Source: an uncultured Prochlorococcus sp. (GTDB lineage Bacteria > Cyanobacteriota > Cyanobacteriia > PCC-6307 > Cyanobiaceae). From it: a DNA stretch of 64,000 bases. The translations under genes were made by a program, and so were the position numbers. The stretch covers positions 18,435-82,434 of the forward strand of contig CACAXN010000003.1 in assembly GCA_902536455.1 (NCBI GenBank). The letters run 5' to 3'. Within the stretch, counting starts at the first letter, position 1; every line of letters starts with the position of its first letter. Below the pieces are notes generated by a model. The model was not told the origin of the DNA, ran no database searches, and saw only the letters and a program-made list of their open reading frames with translations. This document shows, in pieces, positions 52,982-64,000 of the stretch.

Positions 52982-53314
52982 CTATTTGGGCAAAATTGTA
53001 GGACCATCCAATAATTCGTCATTTTCATCAAGTGAATCTGGACTGTCCGGTAAAGGTATCTCAATACTTGTAACCAAATTAATAACATCTCTTAGTCTCA
53101 TAGAATCAGCAAACCATCCCATTGCTTGCTCGGCATCCCCTCTTTTTTCAGCATCATTTGCTTGATCTTCATGAGCTTCCGCCAACAAAGCAAGCCAACA
53201 AAGGCATCTTGCTTGAACTATAGAAAGATCTAAATCATTAGGTTGGGATTTAGAAATACGTTCATGCTCTTGTTGAACTAAAAGCTTTAAACGCATATCA
53301 TGCAACTTAGCCAT
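52982..53314 (-). CDS. Hypothetical protein
   Basis: 110-aa helical ORF, QARCLCWLALLAEAH, AMGWFADSMRL. Confidence 0.75.
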   Translation of the reverse strand: MAKLHDMRLKLLVQQEHERISKSQPNDLDLSIVQARCLCWLALLAEAHEDQANDAEKRGDAEQAMGWFADSMRLRDVINLVTSIEIPLPDSPDSLDENDELLDGPTILPK

Positions 53315-53392
53315 AAAAGATTTATTACTAACTATACGCTAGCTAGAGAGTAGCAAGTTTGCACACATACTACATATAGTTTTTTATTTTTA

Positions 53393-53466
<74 letters not shown>

Positions 53467-53504
53467 AACAGCTGTTTTTTGGAGGAATAAGCACTATGCT
53501 AAAT

Positions 53505-53880
53505 GAAAGCAGGAGAGGCAATCGCAAGAAAGTTTTATTTTGTTTCCAAAATAAAACTTTCTTGAGGAAAGTCCGGGCTCCCAAATGGTCAGGCTTGCTG
53601 GGTAATTCCCAGTGCGGGTAACCGTGAGGATAGTGCCACAGAAACATACCGCCTAATACTTAAAGTATGGCAAGGGTGCAATGGTGCGGTAAGAGCGCAC
53701 CAGCAACATTGAGAAGTGTTGGCTAGGTAAACCCCGGCTGGGAGCAAGGCTTAGTAGATTCATGACCATTACGTAATCTACTTTTAAGCGCCGCTTGAGA
53801 CTGTGAAGTAATTCCAGCCCTAGATAGATGATTGCCCATCTTAATTAAGATGAACAGAACCCGGCTTATGACCTGCTTTC
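53505..53880 (+). ncRNA. rnpB: RNase P RNA (type A)
   Basis: P1 GAAAGCAGG/CCTGCTTTC, GAGGAAAGTCC, AGTGCCACAGAAA, GGTAAACCCC, AACAGAACCCGGCTTA. Confidence 0.97.
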
Positions 53881-53905
53881 TAATTTTTGTGATTATTCAA
53901 ATCAT

Positions 53906-54655
53906 ATGACAAATATACTTAACGCAAAGAGAATTAATCAAATAACTTCTTTTTTAAAGTCTTTGAATATTAAATCAGAAAGATTTTCTGAAAAAATTAG
54001 AACACAAAATATTTCATTGATTCAAGATTTTAATCAAGCATTTATCCATTCTTCAGAAAACAAAGTAATAAATTACGAAAAACTAGAATTTTTCGGAGAT
54101 GCAGTACTCAGATTAGCTGCTTCTAATTTTATTGAAAAAAAATATCCGCAAATGAGTGTAGGAGAAAGATCAGAGCTAAGAGCACAAATTGTAAGTGATG
54201 AATGGTTAACTAAATTAGGGGAGAAAATTGATATAGAGAAACTAATAATTAAAGGGCCTAAAGCATTTGGTGATGAAAATTCTAAAAATACTATTATTGG
54301 GGAAGCTACAGAAGCTTTAATTGGTGCCATTTACAATTGCTTCAATTCAATTCAGGAAGTAAATCTTTGGTTAGATGATTTTTGGGAAGAAGATTCAAAA
54401 ATATTTTTAAAAGCTCCATATAAATTCAAATCTAAGACAGTATTGCAAGAGTGGTGTCAAAGTAAAGCGTTTGATTTGCCAATTTATAAAATCACTGAAG
54501 TCTCAAAGAAAAATGGGGACCCTAAAAGATTTTCTTGCGATATATTTATCGAAGGATTAAAAGAATCATCTGCATTCGGCAAATCCCATAAACAAGCAGA
54601 AACAAATGCAGCTAGAGTCCTAATAGAAAAATTTATAGCTATCGGTAAAATCTAA
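53906..54655 (+). CDS. rnc: Ribonuclease III
   Basis: EKLEFFGDAVL signature, EALIGAIY, dsRBD KTVLQEW...SHKQAETNAA. Confidence 0.92.
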   Translation: MTNILNAKRINQITSFLKSLNIKSERFSEKIRTQNISLIQDFNQAFIHSSENKVINYEKLEFFGDAVLRLAASNFIEKKYPQMSVGERSELRAQIVSDEWLTKLGEKIDIEKLIIKGPKAFGDENSKNTIIGEATEALIGAIYNCFNSIQEVNLWLDDFWEEDSKIFLKAPYKFKSKTVLQEWCQSKAFDLPIYKITEVSKKNGDPKRFSCDIFIEGLKESSAFGKSHKQAETNAARVLIEKFIAIGKI

Positions 54656-54658
54656 TTT

Positions 54659-54844
54659 TTATACTATTTCTAAGTTTGTTAACTGAAAAGTTATGAGTTT
54701 ATCCCAATTACCCCCTTCAAACAGAACAGCAGCTCTTTTTTTTGTAACTCTCTGTACAAACCCTTTATATCCTCTATATATAGAGTTAGTGTCTTTTACA
54801 ACAACAAAAGAACCGGGAAGTATGGGTTTAGTAAACAATTCCAT
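54659..54844 (-). CDS. ndhS: NAD(P)H-quinone oxidoreductase subunit S
   Basis: ILPGS, GFVQRV, AAVLFEGGNWDKLITF. Confidence 0.92.
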   Translation of the reverse strand: MELFTKPILPGSFVVVKDTNSIYRGYKGFVQRVTKKRAAVLFEGGNWDKLITFQLTNLEIV

Positions 54845-54869
54845 AAATATCTTTTTCTAATACAATAAT

Positions 54870-55409
54870 ATGATAAATAAAAATGAATGGCTGGTTGTTG
54901 GATTGATAACATCGTGTCATGGAATTAATGGACAGGTAAAGGTTAAATCTTTAAGTGATTTTGAAGAAAGATTTTTAAAACCAGGAATGAGATGGTTGCA
55001 AAAAGAAAATGAACCACCTTCAAAAATACAACTTATATCTGGTTTCAAACAGTCTGGTAAAGAAACCTTTGTAGTAAAGCTCCATGGAATAAATACAAGA
55101 ACTCATGCAGAGCAACTTAAAAAATTTAAAGTTCTTGTAAAAACCGATAAACTACCTAAATTAAAAAAAGAAGAATTCCACTTGTTGGAACTTATAAATC
55201 TAGAGGTCAAGATTTTAGAAAATGATGAATTACAAATAATCGGGAAAGTTACTAATTTAGAAAATGAGAAAAATAATTTACTTGTTATTAGACTATTTAA
55301 AAATCAAAAAAAAGTTCTAATACCATTTGTTAGGGAAATAGTCCCGTTAGTTGATATAAAAAATAATTTTTTAATCATCAATCCTCCAAATGGACTTTTA
55401 GAGCTATAA
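54870..55409 (+). CDS. rimM: Ribosome maturation factor RimM
   Basis: [29 protein letters not shown]. Confidence 0.93.
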   Translation: MINKNEWLVVGLITSCHGINGQVKVKSLSDFEERFLKPGMRWLQKENEPPSKIQLISGFKQSGKETFVVKLHGINTRTHAEQLKKFKVLVKTDKLPKLKKEEFHLLELINLEVKILENDELQIIGKVTNLENEKNNLLVIRLFKNQKKVLIPFVREIVPLVDIKNNFLIINPPNGLLEL

Positions 55410-55441
55410 ATTTAATAATATAAAAATTTTTAGGAGACTAA

Positions 55442-57337
55442 TTATTCCACAGTTACACTTTTAGCCAAATTTCTAGGTTGATCCACGTCAAGCCCTCTAT
55501 GAGCTGCAATGTGGTAACTCAATAATTGTAAAGGGACTATATTAATTAGAGGTGAAATCCATTCATTAGTAGATGGAACTTTCATTAAATAATCAAAGAT
55601 ATCAGTTCCATTACATTCAGGAGCAATCCCTATCAAATACGAATCTCTAGCTTTAGCTTCTTGAGCATTACTTATTACCTTATCAAAAACCTCCCCTGGG
55701 GAGGCAATTGAAATTACAGGTACTTTTTTATCTAATAAAGCTATTGGCCCATGTTTCATCTCACCAGCTGGATAGCCAGCTGCATGAATATAACTAATTT
55801 CTTTAAGTTTTAATGCCCCTTCAAGAGCAATTGGATAATTTATTCCTCTTCCTAAAAAAATAACATCTTTTATATTAAAAAAATCATGGGCTAGCTTTTC
55901 TGAAGATTTATTATGTTTTTCTAAGAGATCTTCCAGTAATGGCGGAAGTTTTATCAGTTCATCTATTAATTTAACTATTTCATCTAGACTTTGATTGCCT
56001 TTAATTTGAGCAAATTTTATAGCTAATCCATAAAAAGAAAGTAATTGAGCAAAAAAAGTTTTAGTTGCTGCAACTCCAACTTCTATTCCTGCACAGATAT
56101 CAATTATATTTGAGACCTGCCTTCCTATAGAACTCTCTTTTCTATTTGTTATTGCAATAAGTTGAGGTTTAAATTTTTTATCTTCAATTGAAGAACGTCT
56201 TTTAATTTCCATATCGATAGCTGCGATTGTATCAGCAGTTTCTCCAGATTGAGTAACTCCAATAGTTAATGTATTTGGCAATAGTGGAGGTGGCGAATAT
56301 CGAAATTCGCTTGCATAAAAGACATTTGTAGGGATACCTGAAAATTGTTCTAATAAAAAGCTGCCTACCATTGCAGCATGTTTACTGGTACCACAAGCAA
56401 TAATTTCAATTCTTTCTATTGTTTCAAAAAACTTTGTATCAAAAGGATAGTTGATTTGATATTGGCCATTATCTAAGTTTTTAATTAAATAATTTTCCAA
56501 CCAGTTTTTTGCAGTCTCAGGCTGATCATATATCTCTTTTAACATGTAGTGTTTAAAATTCATCTTATCCATTATTTGCTCTGAGACTTTTAAAGAAACT
56601 GGATTTCGATATTGCCTCTCGTTGTTTGAGTCATATATTTCAATTCCAAGCGGAGTTAATAAAGCTATTTCTTCATCCTCCATAGGCAAAATAATATTTG
56701 TAAAGTTTGCAATTGCTGGCGTATCACTAGCACAAATAAATTCTCCTTCACCCAAACCAATAATCAAGGGGGCTTGTCTTCTCGCAACTACCAAAGAAGT
56801 TGGAGCACCCGCCCATAAAACTGCCAAAGCATAAGATCCTTCTAAATCAGATATTACGTTTCTCACAGCTACTAATAATGTTGAACCATTATTTTCAAGC
56901 TTAAGTTTACTTAATGTATTTAACTCTCTTTGAATTAGATGAGGAATTACCTCAGTATCTGTATCAGAATTAAAAATAATACCCTCTTTCTCTAATTTAT
57001 TTTTTAAATCTTGGAAATTTTCAATAATGCCATTTTGAACAACTGCTATGGTTCCTGAACTATCGATATGAGGATGTGCATTTTTGACCTCAGGCTTCCC
57101 ATGAGTTGCCCAACGAGTATGACCTATACCCACAGTTCCAGAAATATTGTGATCTTTAAGATTACTTATTAAATTCTTGAGTTTTCCTTCTGCTTTGTTA
57201 CAAGAAATAGAATTTGTTTCGGAATTTATTATTGCAATTCCTGCAGAATCGTAACCTCTATATTCAAGTTTTTCCAAACCATTCATTAATAATGGTAAAG
57301 CTTTTTTATATCCAGTAACAGCAACTATTCCACACAT
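55442..57337 (-). CDS. glmS: Glutamine--fructose-6-phosphate transaminase
   Basis: MCGI, LEYRGYDSAG, GHTRWATHG, PRNLAKSVTVE. Confidence 0.98.
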   Translation of the reverse strand: MCGIVAVTGYKKALPLLMNGLEKLEYRGYDSAGIAIINSETNSISCNKAEGKLKNLISNLKDHNISGTVGIGHTRWATHGKPEVKNAHPHIDSSGTIAVVQNGIIENFQDLKNKLEKEGIIFNSDTDTEVIPHLIQRELNTLSKLKLENNGSTLLVAVRNVISDLEGSYALAVLWAGAPTSLVVARRQAPLIIGLGEGEFICASDTPAIANFTNIILPMEDEEIALLTPLGIEIYDSNNERQYRNPVSLKVSEQIMDKMNFKHYMLKEIYDQPETAKNWLENYLIKNLDNGQYQINYPFDTKFFETIERIEIIACGTSKHAAMVGSFLLEQFSGIPTNVFYASEFRYSPPPLLPNTLTIGVTQSGETADTIAAIDMEIKRRSSIEDKKFKPQLIAITNRKESSIGRQVSNIIDICAGIEVGVAATKTFFAQLLSFYGLAIKFAQIKGNQSLDEIVKLIDELIKLPPLLEDLLEKHNKSSEKLAHDFFNIKDVIFLGRGINYPIALEGALKLKEISYIHAAGYPAGEMKHGPIALLDKKVPVISIASPGEVFDKVISNAQEAKARDSYLIGIAPECNGTDIFDYLMKVPSTNEWISPLINIVPLQLLSYHIAAHRGLDVDQPRNLAKSVTVE

Positions 57338-57417
57338 ACAAACTTTTTTTTCAATTATATTGAAATAAAGTGCGTATTTATTAAAACATGGACTCTCTTA
57401 AAACTGCACTATAAAAA

Positions 57418-57705
<288 letters not shown>

Positions 57706-57796
57706 TTACAAAGAAATTAAAAAAATTAAGATATGCTTCACTCTTGTTAACTCTAGGGCATAAAATCATATAGATAATTAGTAATTTACATAAACT

Positions 57797-58036
57797 ATGT
57801 CACAAGAAATCCTCGACAAAGTCTGTTCTATTGTTTCAGAACAATTAAGTGTTGAAACAGGAGAAGTAAAATCAGATTCAAATTTCCAAAATGATTTAGG
57901 CGCAGATTCTCTAGATACGGTTGAACTCGTGATGGCTTTAGAAGAAGCATTTGATATTGAAATTCCCGATGAAGCTGCTGAAGGAATCGCAACTGTTGGC
58001 GATGCAGTAAAATTCATCGAAGAAAAAAAAGGTTAA
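57797..58036 (+). CDS. acpP: Acyl carrier protein
   Basis: [14 protein letters not shown]. Confidence 0.98.
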   Translation: MSQEILDKVCSIVSEQLSVETGEVKSDSNFQNDLGADSLDTVELVMALEEAFDIEIPDEAAEGIATVGDAVKFIEEKKG

Positions 58037-58042
58037 TAAAGA

Positions 58043-59287
58043 ATGCCAAATTTCCATCGAGTAGTTATTACTGGTATAGGAGCAGTAACTCCAATTGGTA
58101 ATAACATTGATGAATATTTAGTCGGTCTTCAAACAGGTACGAATGGGGTCTCAAATATTACTCTTTTTGATCCTGAACAACATCCATGCAAATTTGCTGC
58201 AGAAGTAAAAAATCTTAAATCTGAAAATTTTATTGAAGCTAAAGAATCCAAAAGATGGGATCGTTTTTCCCAATTTGGAGTTATTGCTGCAAAGCAAGCC
58301 TTTAATGATTCTGGACTTGAAATTACTGAACGTAATGCCTCAAGAATTGGAGTGATTATTGGTTCTGGTGTTGGAGGCTTACTAACTATGGAAAGTCAAG
58401 CTCAAATATTGAGTCATAAAGGACCAAAAAGAGTAAGTCCATTTACCGTTCCAATGATGATTCCAAACATGGCAACTGGATTAGCTGCCATTGCTTTGGG
58501 TGCAAAAGGACCAAGTTCCTCTGTTTCAACAGCTTGCGCTGCCGGTTCCAATGCAATTGGTGATTCTTTTAGATTACTCCAACTTGGAAAGGCAGATGCA
58601 ATGATCTGTGGAGGAGCAGAAGCAAGTATTACGCCTCTTGGAGTAGCTGGTTTTGCCAGTGCTAAAGCTCTTTCTTTCAGAAATGAAAGCCCTCAAACTG
58701 CTAGCAGACCTTTTGATGCTGAAAGAGATGGATTTGTTATTGGAGAGGGATCTGGAATTCTTGTTTTAGAAACTTTAGAAAATGCACAAAAAAGGAATGC
58801 GAGAATTTATGCTGAGATTGTTGGATATGGAACAACATGTGATGCTCATCATATTACTGCTCCATCTCCAGGCGGGATTGGCGGCGCAGAAGCCATAAAA
58901 TTAGCAATTGAAGACGCTAGTCTTAGCGTTGAAAGAGTTGATTACATAAATGCTCATGGAACAAGTACATCAGCTAATGATAAAAATGAAACTTCTGCAA
59001 TTAAATCAATTTTTAGAGACAGATCTTACCTCATTCCTGTAAGCTCTACTAAGTCGATGACTGGTCATCTCCTAGGAGGCTCAGGAGGTATAGAAGCTGT
59101 AGCTTGTATACTTTCTTTGACACATAATTTTATCCCTCCTACAATTAACTACGTCAATCCAGATCCTGAATGTGATCTTGATTATGTACCAAATAATGCA
59201 AGAGAAGCTCAAGTAGGAGTTGCTCTTTCTAATTCTTTCGGCTTTGGTGGTCACAATGTTTGCCTTGCTTTTAGCAAACTGAATTGA
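58043..59287 (+). CDS. fabF: Beta-ketoacyl-ACP synthase II
   Basis: [31 protein letters not shown]. Confidence 0.97.
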   Translation: MPNFHRVVITGIGAVTPIGNNIDEYLVGLQTGTNGVSNITLFDPEQHPCKFAAEVKNLKSENFIEAKESKRWDRFSQFGVIAAKQAFNDSGLEITERNASRIGVIIGSGVGGLLTMESQAQILSHKGPKRVSPFTVPMMIPNMATGLAAIALGAKGPSSSVSTACAAGSNAIGDSFRLLQLGKADAMICGGAEASITPLGVAGFASAKALSFRNESPQTASRPFDAERDGFVIGEGSGILVLETLENAQKRNARIYAEIVGYGTTCDAHHITAPSPGGIGGAEAIKLAIEDASLSVERVDYINAHGTSTSANDKNETSAIKSIFRDRSYLIPVSSTKSMTGHLLGGSGGIEAVACILSLTHNFIPPTINYVNPDPECDLDYVPNNAREAQVGVALSNSFGFGGHNVCLAFSKLN

Positions 59288-59330
59288 AGACAACCAATTC
59301 TGTATTTCCAACTTAACTTATTTTAAAACA

Positions 59331-61337
59331 ATGGTCGCTGCATCTGTTTCATTAGAATCACTTTGTGTAAATAGTATAAGAATGCTTGCTGTAGATGCAG
59401 TAAATAAATCTAATAGTGGGCATCCTGGATTGCCAATGGGGTGTGCTCCTATGGGTTATGCATTATGGCAAAACATACTAAATCACAACCCCAATAATCC
59501 AAAATGGTTTAATAGAGACCGTTTTGTATTATCAGCTGGTCATGGCTGTATGCTGTTATATTCTTTGCTTCATTTAACAGGATACAAATCGGTTTCAATA
59601 AAGGATATTAAAGAATTTAGACAATGGGGATCAAAAACTCCAGGGCATCCAGAAACATTCGAAACTGAAGGTGTTGAAGTTACAGCTGGGCCTCTTGGAG
59701 CCGGAATTTCAAACGCTGTTGGTTTAGCAATAGCTGAAACTCACTTAGCAGCTAAATTTAATAAGCCTGATTGTAATATCGTTGATCACTATACTTACGT
59801 AATAATGGGTGACGGCTGTAATCAAGAAGGTATCGCATCAGAGGCCTGTTCATTAGCCGGTCATCTTAAGCTTGGAAAATTAATTGCACTCTATGACGAT
59901 AATCAAATTACAATTGATGGGCGAACCGACGTTTCTTTCACCGAAGATGTTTTAAAAAGATACGAAGCTTATGGATGGCATGTACAACATGTTGCAGATG
60001 GCAATCATGATGTTAAAGGAATAACAGAAGCTATCGAAAAAGCAAAATTAATTACAGATAAACCTTCAATTATAAAAATTTCTACAACCATAGGTTATGG
60101 TTCACCCAATAAATCAGATACTGCTGGAATTCATGGAGCAGCTGTTGGAGAAGAAGAAGCTGCATTAACTAGAGAGTTTCTAAATTGGGAATACCCTCCA
60201 TTTGAAATACCAGATGAAGTATATGCGCATTTTAGAAAATCAATAAACAAAGGAGAAAACTTAGAGAAAGATTGGGATTCTAAATTTGAAAAATATCAAA
60301 AAAGATATCCCTCTGAAGGTGCCGAGCTATACAGAATGTTAAAAGGCAAATTACCTGACAATTGGGACTCAAATCTCCCTTCTTATACCCCTGATGATAA
60401 AGGTTTAGCCACCAGAAAGCATTCACAAATATGTTTAGGTGCTTTAGGACCTAACCTACCTGAATTAATTGGTGGATCAGCTGATTTAACTCACTCTAAC
60501 TACACAGATATCAAGGGAGAGACTGGATCATTCCAGCCTCATAGTCCTGAAAAAAGATATTTACATTTTGGCGTACGTGAACATGCAATGGCAGCAATAC
60601 TTAATGGTATTGCCTATCACAATAGTGGTCTAATTCCGTATGGCGGAACCTTCCTTGTTTTTGCAGATTATATGAGAGGTTCAATGAGGCTTTCAGCACT
60701 CAGTGAATTAGGAGTAATCTATGTATTAACCCATGATTCAATTGGTGTAGGAGAAGACGGCCCAACACATCAACCTATTGAAACCATCCCTTCTCTTCGT
60801 GCTATGCCTAACATGCTAGTTTTCAGACCGGGAGATGGCAATGAGACAAGTGGAGCTTATAAGCTTGCTGTTCAAAATCGAAAAAGACCTTCTGCCCTTT
60901 GTTTAAGTAGACAAGGTATGCCAAATCAAGAAAATACTTCGATCGACAAAGTTTCTCTAGGAGGATATGTAATTTCAGATTGCGAAGGAACACCAGATCT
61001 AATATTTATTGGTACAGGAAGCGAACTGAATCTTTGCATTGAAGCAGGTAAGGAAATTTCAAGCTTAGGTAAAAAAATTAGAGTGGTTTCTATGCCTTGT
61101 GTAGAACTTTTCGAAGAGCAAGAAGAATCTTACAAAGAGAGTGTTTTACCAAGTAGTGTTAAAAAGAGAGTTGTAGTTGAAGCTGCCCATTCATTTGGTT
61201 GGCATAAATATACAGGTTTTGATGGTATTTGTATTACTATGGATAGGTTTGGTGCATCAGCACCAGGTGGAGAATGTATGAAAAATTTTGGATTTACAGT
61301 AGAAAACGTAGTTAATAAGGCGAAGGAAATTCTATAA
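59331..61337 (+). CDS. tktA: Transketolase
   Basis: [37 protein letters not shown]. Confidence 0.98.
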   Translation: MVAASVSLESLCVNSIRMLAVDAVNKSNSGHPGLPMGCAPMGYALWQNILNHNPNNPKWFNRDRFVLSAGHGCMLLYSLLHLTGYKSVSIKDIKEFRQWGSKTPGHPETFETEGVEVTAGPLGAGISNAVGLAIAETHLAAKFNKPDCNIVDHYTYVIMGDGCNQEGIASEACSLAGHLKLGKLIALYDDNQITIDGRTDVSFTEDVLKRYEAYGWHVQHVADGNHDVKGITEAIEKAKLITDKPSIIKISTTIGYGSPNKSDTAGIHGAAVGEEEAALTREFLNWEYPPFEIPDEVYAHFRKSINKGENLEKDWDSKFEKYQKRYPSEGAELYRMLKGKLPDNWDSNLPSYTPDDKGLATRKHSQICLGALGPNLPELIGGSADLTHSNYTDIKGETGSFQPHSPEKRYLHFGVREHAMAAILNGIAYHNSGLIPYGGTFLVFADYMRGSMRLSALSELGVIYVLTHDSIGVGEDGPTHQPIETIPSLRAMPNMLVFRPGDGNETSGAYKLAVQNRKRPSALCLSRQGMPNQENTSIDKVSLGGYVISDCEGTPDLIFIGTGSELNLCIEAGKEISSLGKKIRVVSMPCVELFEEQEESYKESVLPSSVKKRVVVEAAHSFGWHKYTGFDGICITMDRFGASAPGGECMKNFGFTVENVVNKAKEIL

Positions 61338-61348
61338 TTATTTATTAT

Positions 61349-62722
<1,374 letters not shown>

Positions 62723-62770
62723 TTATAAAGTTTTTTAAAAGATTTATTACTAAAGTTTGATCAAATTTCC

Positions 62771-62848
62771 ACTTCCCTTTATCAGGATTAATGATTCAGG
62801 TTCAAAGGGTATGATCTCAGCTAAGTTAAATTTCTTAGCACCCCTAGT
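62771..62848 (-). promoter_or_regulatory. TPP riboswitch aptamer (variant J5/4)
   Basis: Minus strand ACUAGGGGUGC-P3-GCUGAGAUCAUACCCUUUGAACCUGA...UAAU...AGGGAAGU upstream of thiC. Confidence 0.9.
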
Positions 62849-62914
62849 ATTTATTAATAGCTCTTATATGAAAAATAGTCATCAAATATTTCTTAAAAAT
62901 AAACAAAAATAATT

Positions 62915-63130
62915 TTATTTAACTTTTTGATAAGTCTTTATCTTTTCTAAAATATTTTTTCTACGCAATTTTCTGCTTATACCCTTCTCCAAGATAATTG
63001 CAATCCCCATTAAACCAATAGGCAAATAAAAAATTTTTCTATTATCCTCTCTTAATATCAACCCAGTAACAGATAAAAAGATCATAAAAGGAGCCACAAC
63101 AGACAAAAAAAATCTTTTATTAATTGTCAT
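62915..63130 (-). CDS. Small membrane protein (DUF3188-like)
   Basis: 71 aa, two hydrophobic helices, basic tail; 4-nt overlap with the upstream gene. Confidence 0.65.
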   Translation of the reverse strand: MTINKRFFLSVVAPFMIFLSVTGLILREDNRKIFYLPIGLMGIAIILEKGISRKLRRKNILEKIKTYQKVK

Positions 63131-64000
63131 CTATCAATCGTATTAATTATTTCATTATTTAATTTTACTATGGATTCTGTTATCACTTTAATTCCAACAG
63201 CAATAGCTCTTTCATCTGGCTCAAATTTAGAACTATGTAATGGAGAACATCCATTAGAACTAGAAACGCCGAGCCTAAACATTGCTCCAGGGATCTCATT
63301 CAAGAACTCCGCAAAATCTTCAGCACCTAATGATGGTTTTTGCAATTCAATAACATTTTCATGACCCAAAACATTAATTCCCGAATCTCTAAGGACTTGA
63401 TTAATTAAAGAATTATTATTAACTGGTGGAGTAATTTCTCTAAATATTACTTTTGCATCAGCTCCGCAACTATTAGCTAAAGAAGAGATATTTTCATTAA
63501 GCCAATTACCAATATTCTTAAATAATTTAAGATTAGTACATCTAACAGTACCAATTAAGTTAACTTTTTCTGCAAGAACATTGAATGCATTACCCCCATT
63601 AATTTTGCCAAAAGTTATTACCACAGGATCTAGAGGATCTAACTTCCTTGTTATTAATTCTTGAATTCCAGAGATAACTTTAGAGGCCGCCCAAATTGCA
63701 TCAACCCCTTCATGAGGTCGTGCACCATGTCCTGATTTTCCTTTAATCTCGACCTTTAGTTCTCCAGCAGCTGCAGTCAAACTTCCCTCTTTTATTCCAA
63801 TAGTCCCTACAGTTAAATCGGGGTAGACATGAACGCCCAAAATATGAGTTAAACCATTAGTTGCACCATCCTTAATCATCCATCTAGCTCCACTCGCAAT
63901 TTCCTCAGCGGGCTGAAAAATTATCCTAGTCCCAAAATTAAGTTTTAAATCCTTAACAATTTTTGCTACCCCTAATCCAATCGTTATATGCAAATCGTGA
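63127..64000 (-). CDS. M20-family amidohydrolase (5' end outside window)
   Basis: FQPAEE, GKSGHGARPH, LGAEDFA, LHS; the frame runs to the window edge. Confidence 0.9.
   Translation of the reverse strand, partial: HDLHITIGLGVAKIVKDLKLNFGTRIIFQPAEEIASGARWMIKDGATNGLTHILGVHVYPDLTVGTIGIKEGSLTAAAGELKVEIKGKSGHGARPHEGVDAIWAASKVISGIQELITRKLDPLDPVVITFGKINGGNAFNVLAEKVNLIGTVRCTNLKLFKNIGNWLNENISSLANSCGADAKVIFREITPPVNNNSLINQVLRDSGINVLGHENVIELQKPSLGAEDFAEFLNEIPGAMFRLGVSSSNGCSPLHSSKFEPDERAIAVGIKVITESIVKLNNEIINTIDR

Noticed and set aside
57778-58017. 79-aa antisense ORF over acpP
   Set aside because: Shadow of a highly conserved gene

Overview
AT-rich core-genome segment of a marine picocyanobacterium, most likely a high-light Prochlorococcus (inferred from gene content, low GC and very short spacers). 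It holds the S10/spc ribosomal protein block (rplC to partial rplR), ndhN-ldpA, recA with an upstream LexA box, metabolic and photosynthesis genes (ppc, gshA, trpE, psaD, hemF, purM, panC-cmk, ho1-pebA-pebB, icd, glgP, glmS, psaC, acpP-fabF-tktA, thiC), four tRNAs, RNase P RNA and a TPP riboswitch. I see no integrase, transposase, prophage, CRISPR array or island, and no clearly novel multi-gene system. The best leads are small. (1) The thiC TPP aptamer has lost the conserved CG of the pyrophosphate-sensing bulge. (2) The recF Walker A domain is in frame but has no ATG/GTG/TTG start, implying an AUU start or slippage on an A8/T7 run. (3) rnpB has a perfect 18-bp helix and lies 25 nt upstream of rnc. 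(4) There is a four-cysteine microprotein and a few enzymes with no visible partner.
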